Positions 1-10,580 of a stretch of 64,000 nucleotides of DNA are shown in pieces. The translations under genes and the position numbers were made by a program. Below the pieces are notes generated by a model that was given only the letters and a program-made list of their open reading frames with translations, made no database searches and was not told the DNA's origin. The stretch's first letter is position 1. Each line of letters opens with the position of its first letter. Source of the stretch: Patescibacteria group bacterium (GTDB lineage Bacteria; Chloroflexota; Anaerolineae; Promineifilales; Promineifilaceae); NCBI GenBank assembly GCA_035527655.1, contig DATLAB010000014.1:33099-97098 (forward strand). The letters run 5' to 3'.

Positions 1-649
1 TCTGGCTCTTGTGAAGATAGCAAGCTTTAAGAATGCTCTGCTCATCCTGGTTTTTTTCGCAACCACCGTCATAGCGGGTGTTTTGCTTATTGATCCCCCT
101 AGTAGCCACCGTCTGCTTATAGCCCTGCCCGTTATTTGCCTTCTCATAGCCTCTGCCTTGTTGTGGCTGGCTGAAAAGTTTGTAGAAACGACCCATATTT
201 CATCCCGTTTCGTTGCCCCCACCCTTATAGCCATCGTTCTTCTGCTAGCTATTATCGATGTCTCTTTCTATTTCGGCAGGTATCGCGTGGAAGCAATTTA
301 TGGCGACAGAAACACAGAGGTCGCATACCGAATTTCCAATTATCTGAATAATTTAGATGGCCAATGGGATGGATATTTTTTCGGGCCACCAAGCATGTTT
401 ATTAATTTCCCGACCTTCGCTTTTCTGATAGACGGGTGGCAATCCGAAATCAATCTGGCCGATGTTGCCGAAGAGGCTGATCTTCCACAGACAAATTTGG
501 GCCACAATACCGTATTATTGTTCCTTCCTGAAAGAGCTAACGAAATCGAGCAGATGGACCAACTCTATCACGACACCCGGCTTTTAACTTTTTCCGGTTC
601 GAATGTTGATCCTCTCTTCTATGCCCTTGAAATTCCAGCAGATAATTAA
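1..649 (+). CDS. Polytopic membrane protein, C-terminal fragment (5' end outside window)
   Basis: The frame of the listed 11..649 ORF stays open back to nt 2, so the gene probably begins upstream of the window. Hydrophobic helices (LLILVFFATTVIAGVLLI, LLIALPVICLLIASALLWL, TLIAIVLLLAIIDVSFYF) are followed by a soluble tail, with a TAA stop at 647-649. The family cannot be assigned from this fragment; the context suggests another envelope GT-C-like protein. Confidence 0.5.
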   Translation, partial: LALVKIASFKNALLILVFFATTVIAGVLLIDPPSSHRLLIALPVICLLIASALLWLAEKFVETTHISSRFVAPTLIAIVLLLAIIDVSFYFGRYRVEAIYGDRNTEVAYRISNYLNNLDGQWDGYFFGPPSMFINFPTFAFLIDGWQSEINLADVAEEADLPQTNLGHNTVLLFLPERANEIEQMDQLYHDTRLLTFSGSNVDPLFYALEIPADN

Positions 650-942
650 TCATGATAATAGTTTTAACGATTTTGTCATTTTTGAACCGGGCGTTAGAAT
701 TTAAAGTTTGGCAGCTTTCCCGTCGCAAACCAACCTGCTTTGCTTAAATGGATAAAACAGATTAATACAATTGAAGTGGTATGGATTGAATTCATTAAAA
801 GCTTGAGTAAATGCTCGATCGCAGCCAGGGCCTAAGGCAAGCTATCGTTAAAGGCAGCCAGCTTGACCTTGCGCACTTCTAAGCCTATGCGTGTATCAAT
901 AATAGTAGTCAATCGGCCGTACGCCGTTTGCCTGGGAGAAGA

Positions 943-3900
943 ATGACGGCCGAGGAACAAGAAAACGGGGTCGATGATCTATCGCCCGCTGTTGAAAGCG
1001 AAGCACCACCGGCGACACAGCCAACGGAAATAGACCAGGATTCAGGTAAATCACTCCTAACGCTTAAGGTGTTGATTCCCTTCCTACTTCTGTTGGTTTT
1101 GATATTAGGCGCCTATTTCCGCTTTACTGGTCTTGATTGGGATAACACCTATCACCTTCACCCCGATGAGAGATTCCTGACCGATGTAGCCAGCCTTCTC
1201 CACTCCACCAATCCCATAACCTACCTGAAAACTTCGGAATCCCCGCTAAATCCTTATAATGTCGGCCGGACCTTCTTCGTCTATGGGAATTTTCCCATGA
1301 CGGCAACACGGTTGGTTGCTGAAGGTGTCGATTCGGTCTGCCAATCATTACCTGATTTATGCGAACGATCTTATGTTTTTTACGATGGGATCCACCTGGT
1401 CGGCCGGTCCTTGTCAGGGCTGGCAGACCTGGTTTCCATTCTCTTTATATTTCTGATTGGCAGACGGCTCTATGATTGGCGTGCCGGTATCCTAGGGGCT
1501 TTGCTGCTTGCCGCCGCAGTTCTACCAATTCAGCAATCCCACTTCTTCACCATGGACAATTGGGCGGCCGCGCTCGCCGTCATTACCATGTACGGCGCGG
1601 TTAGGGTCAGTGAAAATGACTCCAAATATCGCTGGTGGGCTTTTTTCGGAGTCCTCCTAGGTCTAACTGTAGCCTCTAGGATTAATCTGGCACCGCTGGC
1701 GGTCATGGCTGGTATAGCCGGCTTTGTGTGGCTGGCTCGCCGGGCGATTGACCATTCTCCAGAGCCTGGTTGGCGCTTCTTGTTAACAACCAAAGGCGGC
1801 CAAGACTTTCAACATGTCGTACTTGGCATCGCTATCGCAGCCATACTTTCAATCATCGTGTTTCGCCTGGCCCAGCCATATGCCTTCGCTGACAGCCAAA
1901 TAGTCAAGGAGGTCGTTAGCGCTGAAACCGGGCAACCACCTGGATTAATTGAAACGATCATCAAGTCTGTTTTCAGTTTTAATCCCCAATGGCGGGCGAA
2001 TATGACTGAAATCCAAAACCTGCAGAGTCCAGAGGCCAGCTTTCCACCGGCGCTACAATGGACCGACCGCTTACCAATTGTCTTCCCCTATTTGAATATT
2101 GTCTTGTGGGGCATGGGCCTGACCGCCGGTATCGCCGCGACCTTTGGCTTCTTTTGGGCCCTGTGGCGTATTATCAAAGCCAGACCAGATTGGACCTCCC
2201 ACCTCTTGATTGTCTCCTGGGTTGGACTGTACTTCATCTTCATGAGCACACGTTGGGTCAAGTCGATCAGATACTTCCTGCCGATTTATCCATTCCTGCT
2301 CCTGCTTGCCGGCTGGGCATTGGTGGAACTGTGGAACCGCGCCGGCCGAAGCAAAGCAAAAAAATCGATGGCGGCATTCGTTGCCCTCGTGGTAATTATT
2401 CCTTCGCTTCTGTGGGCAAATGCCTTCGTCGACACGTACAGGCAATCCGTCACTCGGGTCCAAGCCTCCCAATGGATGTTCGAAAACGTACCAACCGGTG
2501 CTACACTGCTCTATGAAAGTGCTGGTGAATCGCGGCAACTCCAGCTACCGTTGCGCCATTTTGAATTCATTCAGGATAGCATCCCGCTTTTTATTACCTT
2601 CAACATGCCGGAAACTGGGGATGTGACCGGCATTAGATTCAACTATTTGAGCGATCCTGATTCAGCGCTCGGAAGCGATAGTGGCGAAACTCTCAATGTC
2701 AGCTTGCTGGATGGATCAAACAACACAGCGCTTGTTGAAAAAGAATTGTCGCTGCAATTGGGCGATCAACGCCAATCTGCCTTATTGAACTGGTCAGGTG
2801 TGCCGGTTGCTCAAGGTTCTGTATACACACTATTGGCTGAAATAGGTCCTGGCGGACCAATTAGGGCGGGAACCAGCGTAATTGCCAATGAGCATTGGGA
2901 TGATTCTTTGCCTGTTCGATACGAAGGTCAGGACCCATTTGGCGGTTTTTACGACGGGACCGGTGATGGTCAGATCCAGATAACCCATCCGGATAGCGAA
3001 GAAAAGCGACAGAGCTTCTATCGCTGGCTAGAAGAATCAGATTACATTGTTCTGAGCAGCCAGCGCGCCGCTTGGTCGCTGCCAAGGCTTCCTTTTACAT
3101 TCCCCATGACCATCCGCTATTATGAGGCCTTATTTGGCGGCGAACTGGGCTTTGACCTGGTCAATGAGTTTCACTCAGATACCCATGTAGGCCCCTTATT
3201 TGTCAGTGATGTAGGCGGCGCCGTAAATTGGGGCGCTCCACCCGAGATTGGCTGGCCACCGCCTGGAATAATGGCTGCAGAAGAAGCCTTTAGTGTATAC
3301 GATCATCCACCGGTGTGGATATTCGAAAAAAGTGATCACTATAGTCCAGAATTGGTCCGAGACATTCTCGGGCCTGTTGACTTGAGGGATGTCATAGTGA
3401 TGTCACCCGGAGAAGCGACACGAGCGCCCAATGGGCTTCTCTTAGACGAATCAGACCGAGCGATTCAAGAGGCCAACGGCACTTTCAATGATCTATTTTT
3501 GACGGACGGTCTGTTAGCTCGTTACCCCGGGTTAGCCGCCGTTGTTTGGTGGTTGGTCGTCATCCTCTTGGGCTGGCTCTTTTTTCCGATCACCTTCATC
3601 GTATTTCGTGGATTGCCAGATCGTGGTTATCCACTGGCTCGAATACTCTCTCTCCTCCTTATCTCATATATTACCTGGCTCTTGGCCAGTCTGAAGATAC
3701 TTAGCCATTCGCGTTCAACCATAATTCTGGTCATTTTGGTTATGCTCGCTGCCTGCTTAGCCATCGCCATTTCCCAGAAAAGAGAGCTCCTAGGGTTCGT
3801 CAGAAAAAATCTCAGGCTGATCGGGCTGATCGAAATTTTGGGCATTGGTCTGTTTCTACTCTTTATCCTGATCCGGCTGGGTAACCCCGATGTCTGGGAT

Positions 3901-6045
3901 GTCATCTGGGGCGGCGAAAAACCTATGGATCTGTCATATTTGAACGCGGTTCTTAAGAGTACTTTCTTTCCCCCTTACGATCCCTGGTTTTCCGGCGGCT
4001 ATATCAATTATTACTATTATGGATTCGTATACGTTGGTTCTTTGATCAAACTATTGCAGATTGTGCCAACAATCGCCTATAACCTGATACTGCCGATGTT
4101 GGCCAGCTTTACGGGTCTCGCGGCTTTTAGTATTGCCTTCAATATTATCACTAAAAATGTAGGCCATCAGGCCAACAAAGTAGATGATGCAGACGGATTG
4201 AACGTACCAACCGCTCGTCTGTTACCCAATCGCCAGGCACTCTTTGGGGGATTCGTAGCAGCTGTTCTCATCCTGTTATTGGGAAATCTGGCAGAAATTA
4301 CGGTCGTATTCAATGCATGGTATAAGGCCGGCGAACTGTCCACTGCAACGGGCATCACGCCTATAGATGCCCTCCTTAGAACAGTCGATGGCGCGCTGGA
4401 TCTCTCCTTAACCGATGAAGTAGCCCCAATCTACCCTGGTGATTGGTTTTGGAACGCCTCCAGGACTATCAATGCCGATCCCGGGGAAGTACAACCTATC
4501 ACTGAGTTTCCTTTCTTTACGTTTCTATATGGCGATTTGCATGCCCACATGGTTGCCTTGCCTCTCACGTTACTGGCTCTCGGCTGGGCGGTTTCCATCG
4601 TTCTCCAGCATCTCGGCCAGGGCACTGATCCAGAGAAAGTTTTGCCTGTGTGGCAAAGGGCAATGCAGTTGTTGATTGGCGCTTTAGCTATTGGTGTGCT
4701 TTGGGCAACCAATACCTGGGACTATCCAACCTATTTATTCTTAGGTGTTTTGGCCATAGTCTATGGCGTCTATCTGCAGCGCAAGCGTTGGGGTTGGGGG
4801 ACAGTCGCTCAGGGCCTGTTCCAGGCCACCCTCCTGATCGTTGTGTCCTTCTTGTTATTCCTGCCTTTCACTGCCAACTACGGCCGAGGTTATAGTTCAT
4901 TCAGATTCTGGCCCGGATCTTACACGCAACTCGGTAATTACCTGCTCATTTATGGCCTGTTCCTTTTCCTTATCATCACCCATCTCGTTGTGGAATTTCG
5001 CCTTTGGACAAAAAGCTGGAGCCAAAAATCCTTAGAATATTGGGAACGCTTCGCCATTCCGGTTCTGCTTGGCCTGGTTCTTTATACCGCCATGCTAATT
5101 GTTTTATTGTCCAAAGGCTATTGGATCGCTCCTGTGGCGCTACTGTTATCAACATTGGCCGGGCTACTAGCCATCAGACCTGGTCTTCCGTTGGTTCGAA
5201 GAATCCCACTGGTGATGATCTCCTCTGCCTTGGCCTTGACCCTGCTTGTTGAGATCATCGTCCTCGACGGTGATATTGGGCGGATGAACACGGTATTTAA
5301 GTTCTATATGCAGGTCTGGGTATTGCTCAGCGTTGCTGCTGGTATTGTCATAGTCTGGGATTGGCCTTCGGTTTCAGCTCGGCCGACCGTGCGACGGGTT
5401 TGGCGGGTCGCCTTGATCATCCTGCTGTTCCTGGCGGCCTTATATCCTCTTTTGGCGACCAAAGCCAAATGGGACACTCGAATGAGCGATCAGGCCCCTA
5501 CGACCCTCGACGGAATGGCTTTTTTGCAAACAACCACGTACACAGATATCGCCAATGATGGCACCGGTCGCTTGATTGATCTCAACCAGGATTATCTGGC
5601 TATTCAGTGGATGCAACGAAACATCGAAGGGTCACCGGTAATAGCTGAAGCACATAGCGATAACCCCTACCGAGCCGCTGCCAATCGTGTGTCAATGTAC
5701 ACTGGACTTCCTTCGATAATAGGTTGGGATTGGCACCAGAGACAACAACGGGCTGTTTTACCGGGATCAATAGTTAGTGACCGTATTTTTGACGTGAACA
5801 CCCTGTTCAACACCCCAGATATCCCCCAAGCGATGGGTATTTTGGACAAGTACGGGGTATCGTATATTTATGTTGGACCTTTAGAGTGGACTTACTATAA
5901 CTCCCTCGGTTTATTAAAGTTTCAACAGATGGTCAGGGATGGCTTTATCCGGGATGTTTATAATGAAAATGGCGTCACAATCTACGAGGTCCTGGATCAG
6001 ACGGATGCCACGACAGCCCTACTTACAACGACTAGGAACCAATAA
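943..6045 (+). CDS. Giant (about 1700 aa) membrane protein: N-terminal GT-C/PMT-like glycosyltransferase-like region fused to a DUF2298 / Chlor_Arch_YYY domain
   Basis: The ORF is open from TTG 928, but ATG 943 preceded by GGGAGA is the likelier start. An acidic motif HLHPDERF follows the first TM, and many TM helices follow. The C-terminal half carries the DUF2298/TIGR03662 hallmarks INYYYYGFVY and FPFFTFLYGDLHAHM. The C-terminal soluble domain (IEGSPVIAEAHS...GLPSIIGWDWHQ) is paralogous to that of the next gene. Confidence 0.8.
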   Translation: MTAEEQENGVDDLSPAVESEAPPATQPTEIDQDSGKSLLTLKVLIPFLLLLVLILGAYFRFTGLDWDNTYHLHPDERFLTDVASLLHSTNPITYLKTSESPLNPYNVGRTFFVYGNFPMTATRLVAEGVDSVCQSLPDLCERSYVFYDGIHLVGRSLSGLADLVSILFIFLIGRRLYDWRAGILGALLLAAAVLPIQQSHFFTMDNWAAALAVITMYGAVRVSENDSKYRWWAFFGVLLGLTVASRINLAPLAVMAGIAGFVWLARRAIDHSPEPGWRFLLTTKGGQDFQHVVLGIAIAAILSIIVFRLAQPYAFADSQIVKEVVSAETGQPPGLIETIIKSVFSFNPQWRANMTEIQNLQSPEASFPPALQWTDRLPIVFPYLNIVLWGMGLTAGIAATFGFFWALWRIIKARPDWTSHLLIVSWVGLYFIFMSTRWVKSIRYFLPIYPFLLLLAGWALVELWNRAGRSKAKKSMAAFVALVVIIPSLLWANAFVDTYRQSVTRVQASQWMFENVPTGATLLYESAGESRQLQLPLRHFEFIQDSIPLFITFNMPETGDVTGIRFNYLSDPDSALGSDSGETLNVSLLDGSNNTALVEKELSLQLGDQRQSALLNWSGVPVAQGSVYTLLAEIGPGGPIRAGTSVIANEHWDDSLPVRYEGQDPFGGFYDGTGDGQIQITHPDSEEKRQSFYRWLEESDYIVLSSQRAAWSLPRLPFTFPMTIRYYEALFGGELGFDLVNEFHSDTHVGPLFVSDVGGAVNWGAPPEIGWPPPGIMAAEEAFSVYDHPPVWIFEKSDHYSPELVRDILGPVDLRDVIVMSPGEATRAPNGLLLDESDRAIQEANGTFNDLFLTDGLLARYPGLAAVVWWLVVILLGWLFFPITFIVFRGLPDRGYPLARILSLLLISYITWLLASLKILSHSRSTIILVILVMLAACLAIAISQKRELLGFVRKNLRLIGLIEILGIGLFLLFILIRLGNPDVWDVIWGGEKPMDLSYLNAVLKSTFFPPYDPWFSGGYINYYYYGFVYVGSLIKLLQIVPTIAYNLILPMLASFTGLAAFSIAFNIITKNVGHQANKVDDADGLNVPTARLLPNRQALFGGFVAAVLILLLGNLAEITVVFNAWYKAGELSTATGITPIDALLRTVDGALDLSLTDEVAPIYPGDWFWNASRTINADPGEVQPITEFPFFTFLYGDLHAHMVALPLTLLALGWAVSIVLQHLGQGTDPEKVLPVWQRAMQLLIGALAIGVLWATNTWDYPTYLFLGVLAIVYGVYLQRKRWGWGTVAQGLFQATLLIVVSFLLFLPFTANYGRGYSSFRFWPGSYTQLGNYLLIYGLFLFLIITHLVVEFRLWTKSWSQKSLEYWERFAIPVLLGLVLYTAMLIVLLSKGYWIAPVALLLSTLAGLLAIRPGLPLVRRIPLVMISSALALTLLVEIIVLDGDIGRMNTVFKFYMQVWVLLSVAAGIVIVWDWPSVSARPTVRRVWRVALIILLFLAALYPLLATKAKWDTRMSDQAPTTLDGMAFLQTTTYTDIANDGTGRLIDLNQDYLAIQWMQRNIEGSPVIAEAHSDNPYRAAANRVSMYTGLPSIIGWDWHQRQQRAVLPGSIVSDRIFDVNTLFNTPDIPQAMGILDKYGVSYIYVGPLEWTYYNSLGLLKFQQMVRDGFIRDVYNENGVTIYEVLDQTDATTALLTTTRNQ

Positions 6046-6057
6046 GTTCACTTAGAT

Positions 6058-8694
6058 ATGGCAAATTCAGAGATTCTAGCCGCGATTAGATGGTGGGCGG
6101 TCCTGATGGTGATCGGTGCCCTGGCCTTCCCACTCACTTATCGGCTCCTGCATCGCTTACCTGATCGTGGCTATGCATTTGTTAAGATGACCGGCTTGTT
6201 AGTCGTAGCCTATCTATTTTGGCTTCTCGGATCTCTCGGCTTTCTAAACAACTCGCTTGGCGCTATTCTCGTCGCCCTCTTTACTCTGTCCGCACTCTCA
6301 TTTTGGGTGCTTCGTACGGACAGTCGTAACCGTTTGGCTAACGAAACGGAAAACCAAGATTTGGGAGCAATTGGCTGGCTTCGCGAAAACTGGCGTTACG
6401 TTTTGGCCGTCGAACTTCTTTTCGCCATCATGTTTGGCGTATGGATCTGGGTTCGCGCCCAAAATCCGACCATAACTGGCACAGAAAAACCGATGGAATT
6501 CGCCTTCTTAAATTCTATCGGCCGCAGTTCCTCCTTCCCACCCCTGGATCCCTGGTTGTCTGGCTTTGGTATCAGCTACTATTACTTTGGTTACGTCATG
6601 ACTTCAGTTTTAGTACGTCTGGCAGCCGTTCCAGAACAGATTGCCTTTAATCTGGCCATTGCCTGGCTGGTAGCCGGAACTGCTTTAGGGGCATTTGGCG
6701 TTGTTTACAACCTGATCGCAGCCCAAAAAGATACAAGCCGGGTAAAGGCAACAATCTTCGGCTTTGTAGCAGCCATCGCGATCGCCGTAGCCGGCAATAG
6801 CGAGATGTTGCTTGAACTCCTGTATGCGAACGACATCGGCAGCGAGGGATTTTGGACCTGGCTGGATATTCGCGACTTGAATGAGCCGCCAGGACAAGGA
6901 GAAGAGGCTCGCTATCAAACCGCGGGGTGGTGGTGGTGGCGTTCATCTCGGGTCATCCATGAGTACCATCTTTCCGGGGTGCCAGAGGAAGGTTTAGAAC
7001 CCATCGTTGAGACACCGGCGTTCAGCTTCGTATTGGGAGATTTGCATGCCCATGTATTGTCCCTTCCATTTGCTTTCTTAAGCCTTGCCGTTGCTTTTTC
7101 CTGGTGGTTGAATCCAGATCCGCCAATATTTGATCTTCGGAAATGGTTTACCAGGCGGGGTTTTAGATATCAATTCGCGACCATAAAACGAGAAGATCTG
7201 GCGTTGTTTCTATTTACTATTTTAGTCTTGGGTGGGTTATCCTTTCTAAATACCTGGGACGTATTGATTCATCTGGTGATTGTCGTTGGCGCCTATTTAC
7301 TTGCACGATGGCGTACTGTCCAGGTCTGGAGCCGAGATCTATTGTTTGAGGCCTTCACCCTCGCCATGGTGCTATCGTTGCTGGCGATTATTAGTTATCT
7401 TCCCTTCTATCTCGGATTTCGCTCACAGGCCGGTGCACCATTTCTTTTGCCGATGGCCATGCAGCCGACGCGTCTGGCCCATGCCTTAACTGTTTTTGTC
7501 ATGCCCTTGAGTAGCATTTTGCTTTTGGTGGGATCGCTGATAGTTTGGTCACGCCACCAACCAAAAAACCTGATGCCAAGACGCCCTTGGATCATGGCAA
7601 GCGCTCTTACCGTCGCACTCATCATTGGCCTCTTCATCTTAATGCTGGTACTCGGCTGGGTTATCGCGGTAAGTCCCGAAGGCGAAGGAAGAATCGTCAA
7701 CCTGGCCAAAGAGCTTAATCTCGGATTAGCGCCCCTGCCGGGTAGTCAGGAAATTGGCGAGCGGATAACCTGGGCTACGTCGGCTGTTGGCGCCCTGGCG
7801 CCGACATTTTTATCTGCACGGCTTGGGCGACCGGCGCTCGTATTGCTTCTTTCTTTTTTAGTGGCCGCAGTAATCTTTCTGCTAATTCGCTTTCTGAACA
7901 AGGTGGAGGAGACAGAGGATCGACCACAACGGATCAGCACCGGCGAGTCGCTACCCTTTGCCCTGCTCCTGATCGGCACAGCCACAGTGTTGGTTCTCGT
8001 ACCAGAGTTTGTCTATCTACGCGATAATTTTGGTCAACGGGTTAATACGATATTCAAATTTTACTATCAGGCCTGGGTCTTTTTCGGCATCGCGGCTGTT
8101 TTTGCACTGGATTATTTATTGCGCAGATTTCGAACAACAGGAATTATTGTCACTGTTTGGTATGGAACTCTCCTACTAGTCGCCTTACTTTTTCCCGTGT
8201 TCGCCGTCCAGTCCCGGGCAATTGAATACCGGGGACAGCCCACCAACGAGTTCCGGCGACCAGCTACTCTCGATGGCCTGGCAAATCGCGATCCGGCCGA
8301 ACGAGATGCCTTGCTCTGGCTGCGCGAAAACATGGAGGGCACACCGGTCATTGTGGAAGCAGTGGGCGGGCAGTATTCCGACTATGGCCGCGTGGCATCC
8401 GCTACCGGTCTACCCACCCTGCTCGGCTGGGCTGGGCATGAATATCAGTGGCGTGGATACACCGACGAGCCCAGCCGGCGAGATCCCGTCATTAGAACAA
8501 TTTACAGCCCCGGGAACTGGGATACAACCGCACAACTCCTGGATGATTATAACGTCTCACTCATCTATTTTGGTTCACTTGAACGTCAGGATTTTGGTCC
8601 GCGGGCCCAAGAAAAACTGTCTCAGAATTTGGAAGTGGCCTATAGCAATGAAAGCGTGACGATATATCGCTGGCAACCGAAGGAAACGCCTTGA
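6058..8694 (+). CDS. DUF2298 / Chlor_Arch_YYY family integral membrane protein (878 aa)
   Basis: Carries the motifs ISYYYFGYVM and FSFVLGDLHAHV, about 15 or more TM helices, and a C-terminal domain MEGTPVIVEAVG...GLPTLLGWAGHEYQW paralogous to the preceding gene. It starts 12 nt after the upstream stop. Confidence 0.85.
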   Translation: MANSEILAAIRWWAVLMVIGALAFPLTYRLLHRLPDRGYAFVKMTGLLVVAYLFWLLGSLGFLNNSLGAILVALFTLSALSFWVLRTDSRNRLANETENQDLGAIGWLRENWRYVLAVELLFAIMFGVWIWVRAQNPTITGTEKPMEFAFLNSIGRSSSFPPLDPWLSGFGISYYYFGYVMTSVLVRLAAVPEQIAFNLAIAWLVAGTALGAFGVVYNLIAAQKDTSRVKATIFGFVAAIAIAVAGNSEMLLELLYANDIGSEGFWTWLDIRDLNEPPGQGEEARYQTAGWWWWRSSRVIHEYHLSGVPEEGLEPIVETPAFSFVLGDLHAHVLSLPFAFLSLAVAFSWWLNPDPPIFDLRKWFTRRGFRYQFATIKREDLALFLFTILVLGGLSFLNTWDVLIHLVIVVGAYLLARWRTVQVWSRDLLFEAFTLAMVLSLLAIISYLPFYLGFRSQAGAPFLLPMAMQPTRLAHALTVFVMPLSSILLLVGSLIVWSRHQPKNLMPRRPWIMASALTVALIIGLFILMLVLGWVIAVSPEGEGRIVNLAKELNLGLAPLPGSQEIGERITWATSAVGALAPTFLSARLGRPALVLLLSFLVAAVIFLLIRFLNKVEETEDRPQRISTGESLPFALLLIGTATVLVLVPEFVYLRDNFGQRVNTIFKFYYQAWVFFGIAAVFALDYLLRRFRTTGIIVTVWYGTLLLVALLFPVFAVQSRAIEYRGQPTNEFRRPATLDGLANRDPAERDALLWLRENMEGTPVIVEAVGGQYSDYGRVASATGLPTLLGWAGHEYQWRGYTDEPSRRDPVIRTIYSPGNWDTTAQLLDDYNVSLIYFGSLERQDFGPRAQEKLSQNLEVAYSNESVTIYRWQPKETP

Positions 8695-8801
8695 TTAATG
8701 TTATTGGTTTCAACCTGGCATCACTCTAAAATATCTACTTATCCTATAAAAGTGGGTAAACTAAAGGTGAGAGAAGGCAGGATATAACCGAGGCAAAGTT
8801 T

Positions 8802-10580
8802 GTGGAACTTGATGTGAAGTCATCGACGGAAGAAGAAAAACAGCAAGGCCAGGATGGGCTGCTCTCTCGGATCACCTTGGCCCATACCTTCTACTTTCTA
8901 ATTGTGATTACTGCGGCAATATTAAGATTATCAGACCTTAATTTGGTACCTTTATCCCCTTCCGAGGCTACCGAAGCCCTTGCAATATGGAATTTTTGGT
9001 TACCTGACTCAGAGGCCTTAACTTTCGCCAGCCCGCTATACTTCACCACGACAGCCTTTTTAACCCAGGTGTTAGGTTTTAACGATCCCATTATGCGGCT
9101 TGTACCTGCCTTGTTCGGGATTTGCCTGGTAATACTTCCATGGTTCTTGCGCCGAAGAATAGGAATTTTGGGAGCGATCCTTACCGGTCTGCTCTTCACC
9201 CTATCCCCTGGTTTGGTAGTCGCCTCACGCACCGCCGGTGGGCAATCTTCGGCTTTGTTCGCCGGACTGCTCTGCTTTATCGCCTGGTTACGCTACCAAG
9301 AAACCAGCGACAATAGATGGTTTTATATCCTGGCCCTGACTTTCGGTCTGGGTCTGGCAAGTGCTCCGATTTTCTACAGTCTCATCCTGGTATTCGCTTT
9401 AGCCTGGATTACTCATATGCTGGTTGGTCCGGCTCTGATAAGCGACGAGGAAGGACACCGGCAGGCTACGCGATGGCCAGGCCGGCAAACGATGATAGAA
9501 AGCGCCCTTATTCTGGCCGCTGTCCTGATCGTTGGGTCAACGGCATTTCTGCTGTCACCGGGCGGCTTGGGATCGACGGCCGATATAATCGCCGCTTGGA
9601 CAGGTCAATTCTTAAATTTTGTTAGCGCTCAACTCTGGTTGTCACCGTTCCTGGCGATAGGCCGGTATGAAATCACCTTAATTATCCTGGGATTGCCGGC
9701 CGTTATTTGGGCTTCTCGCAATGAGGCTAGCTTTCCGCCTTACCTGGTGGTCGCTATCTGTTGGGCTTTATTACTCATCTTGTTACAACCTGGTGAGATG
9801 AGCAATTTGCTTGTATTGGCTCTCCCAGGATACCTGCTAATTGGGAATTTTACCGGCCATATCTTTGACAAGATAGCCAGTTGGATTGATATTGCCGTGA
9901 TGATAATAGTGCTTCTTGCCGGTGGGATTGTTGTCGCTAATGTTATCCGCTACGGCCGCCTGGGTGGCTTTCAATCCTCCCAGACAGGCACATACCATCT
10001 GCTACTCGCTCTGACGGCGATCATCCTGGCAATTATTGTTATAACGATGATTTGGAGCTGGCGGGAACAAAGCGTCACTGCGGGCGTCACGGCCGGCTTG
10101 TCTCTATTATTGCTGGCATCGATGTGGAGCAATGCCTGGTGGTTCAGTCGAAGCGGGCTCAACGATACCCGCGAACTCTGGACCCAGACTGCCAGTGTTG
10201 ACGACGTTCGTTTGTTGGCCGAGAGCGTAAAAGAGATCTCCTGGCAATTTACCAATTCTGAGACAGATCTCGATATCAAGAGTACCGTCGATAGTCCAAG
10301 TCTCAGGTGGTATTTACGTGATATGGTTGACTTTAAAATCGTCGCCACATTGACCAATTCAGATTTCAGCCAGGTCCTCCTGACACCAATGTCAGATGTT
10401 CCTCCGTTACCGGCCGATTATATTGGTACAGATTTTACTTATCTCAGGACAGACACAAACCATTTTTTGACCGCTCAAGAGAGATTAAACTGGTGGCTGT
10501 TTCGAGAGTCACCGGTACCGATCACTGAAGAGGGCCTAATCTTATGGCTACGCGCCGACCTGGCTGGCGGATCCCTGTGA
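8802..10580 (+). CDS. Polytopic membrane protein, divergent paralog of the TIGR03663-like GT-C protein at 11814
   Basis: GTG start. The N-terminal 150 aa align by eye with the 11814 ORF (RLSDLNLVPLSPSEATEAL vs RLWGIGDRVVSHDESLHTQ; GFNDPIMRLVPALFGICLVILPWFLRRRIG vs GDNDTSARIPVALVGVLLVFMPYFLRGWIG). However, the DE dipeptide is SE here and no HGP motif is present. Confidence 0.7.
   Translation: MELDVKSSTEEEKQQGQDGLLSRITLAHTFYFLIVITAAILRLSDLNLVPLSPSEATEALAIWNFWLPDSEALTFASPLYFTTTAFLTQVLGFNDPIMRLVPALFGICLVILPWFLRRRIGILGAILTGLLFTLSPGLVVASRTAGGQSSALFAGLLCFIAWLRYQETSDNRWFYILALTFGLGLASAPIFYSLILVFALAWITHMLVGPALISDEEGHRQATRWPGRQTMIESALILAAVLIVGSTAFLLSPGGLGSTADIIAAWTGQFLNFVSAQLWLSPFLAIGRYEITLIILGLPAVIWASRNEASFPPYLVVAICWALLLILLQPGEMSNLLVLALPGYLLIGNFTGHIFDKIASWIDIAVMIIVLLAGGIVVANVIRYGRLGGFQSSQTGTYHLLLALTAIILAIIVITMIWSWREQSVTAGVTAGLSLLLLASMWSNAWWFSRSGLNDTRELWTQTASVDDVRLLAESVKEISWQFTNSETDLDIKSTVDSPSLRWYLRDMVDFKIVATLTNSDFSQVLLTPMSDVPPLPADYIGTDFTYLRTDTNHFLTAQERLNWWLFRESPVPITEEGLILWLRADLAGGSL

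Noticed and set aside
593-612. GGTTCGAAT string resembling a tRNA T-arm
   Set aside because: It lies inside a coding frame and is followed by GTTGATCC, not the complementary T-stem/acceptor. No cloverleaf can be drawn. I found no tRNA anywhere in the window.
2058-2538. 152/155-aa ORFs in alternative frames inside the 1705-aa membrane protein gene
   Set aside because: They are embedded in a continuous 5.1-kb ORF with family motifs. They are Arg/Pro-rich, which is typical of off-frame translation.
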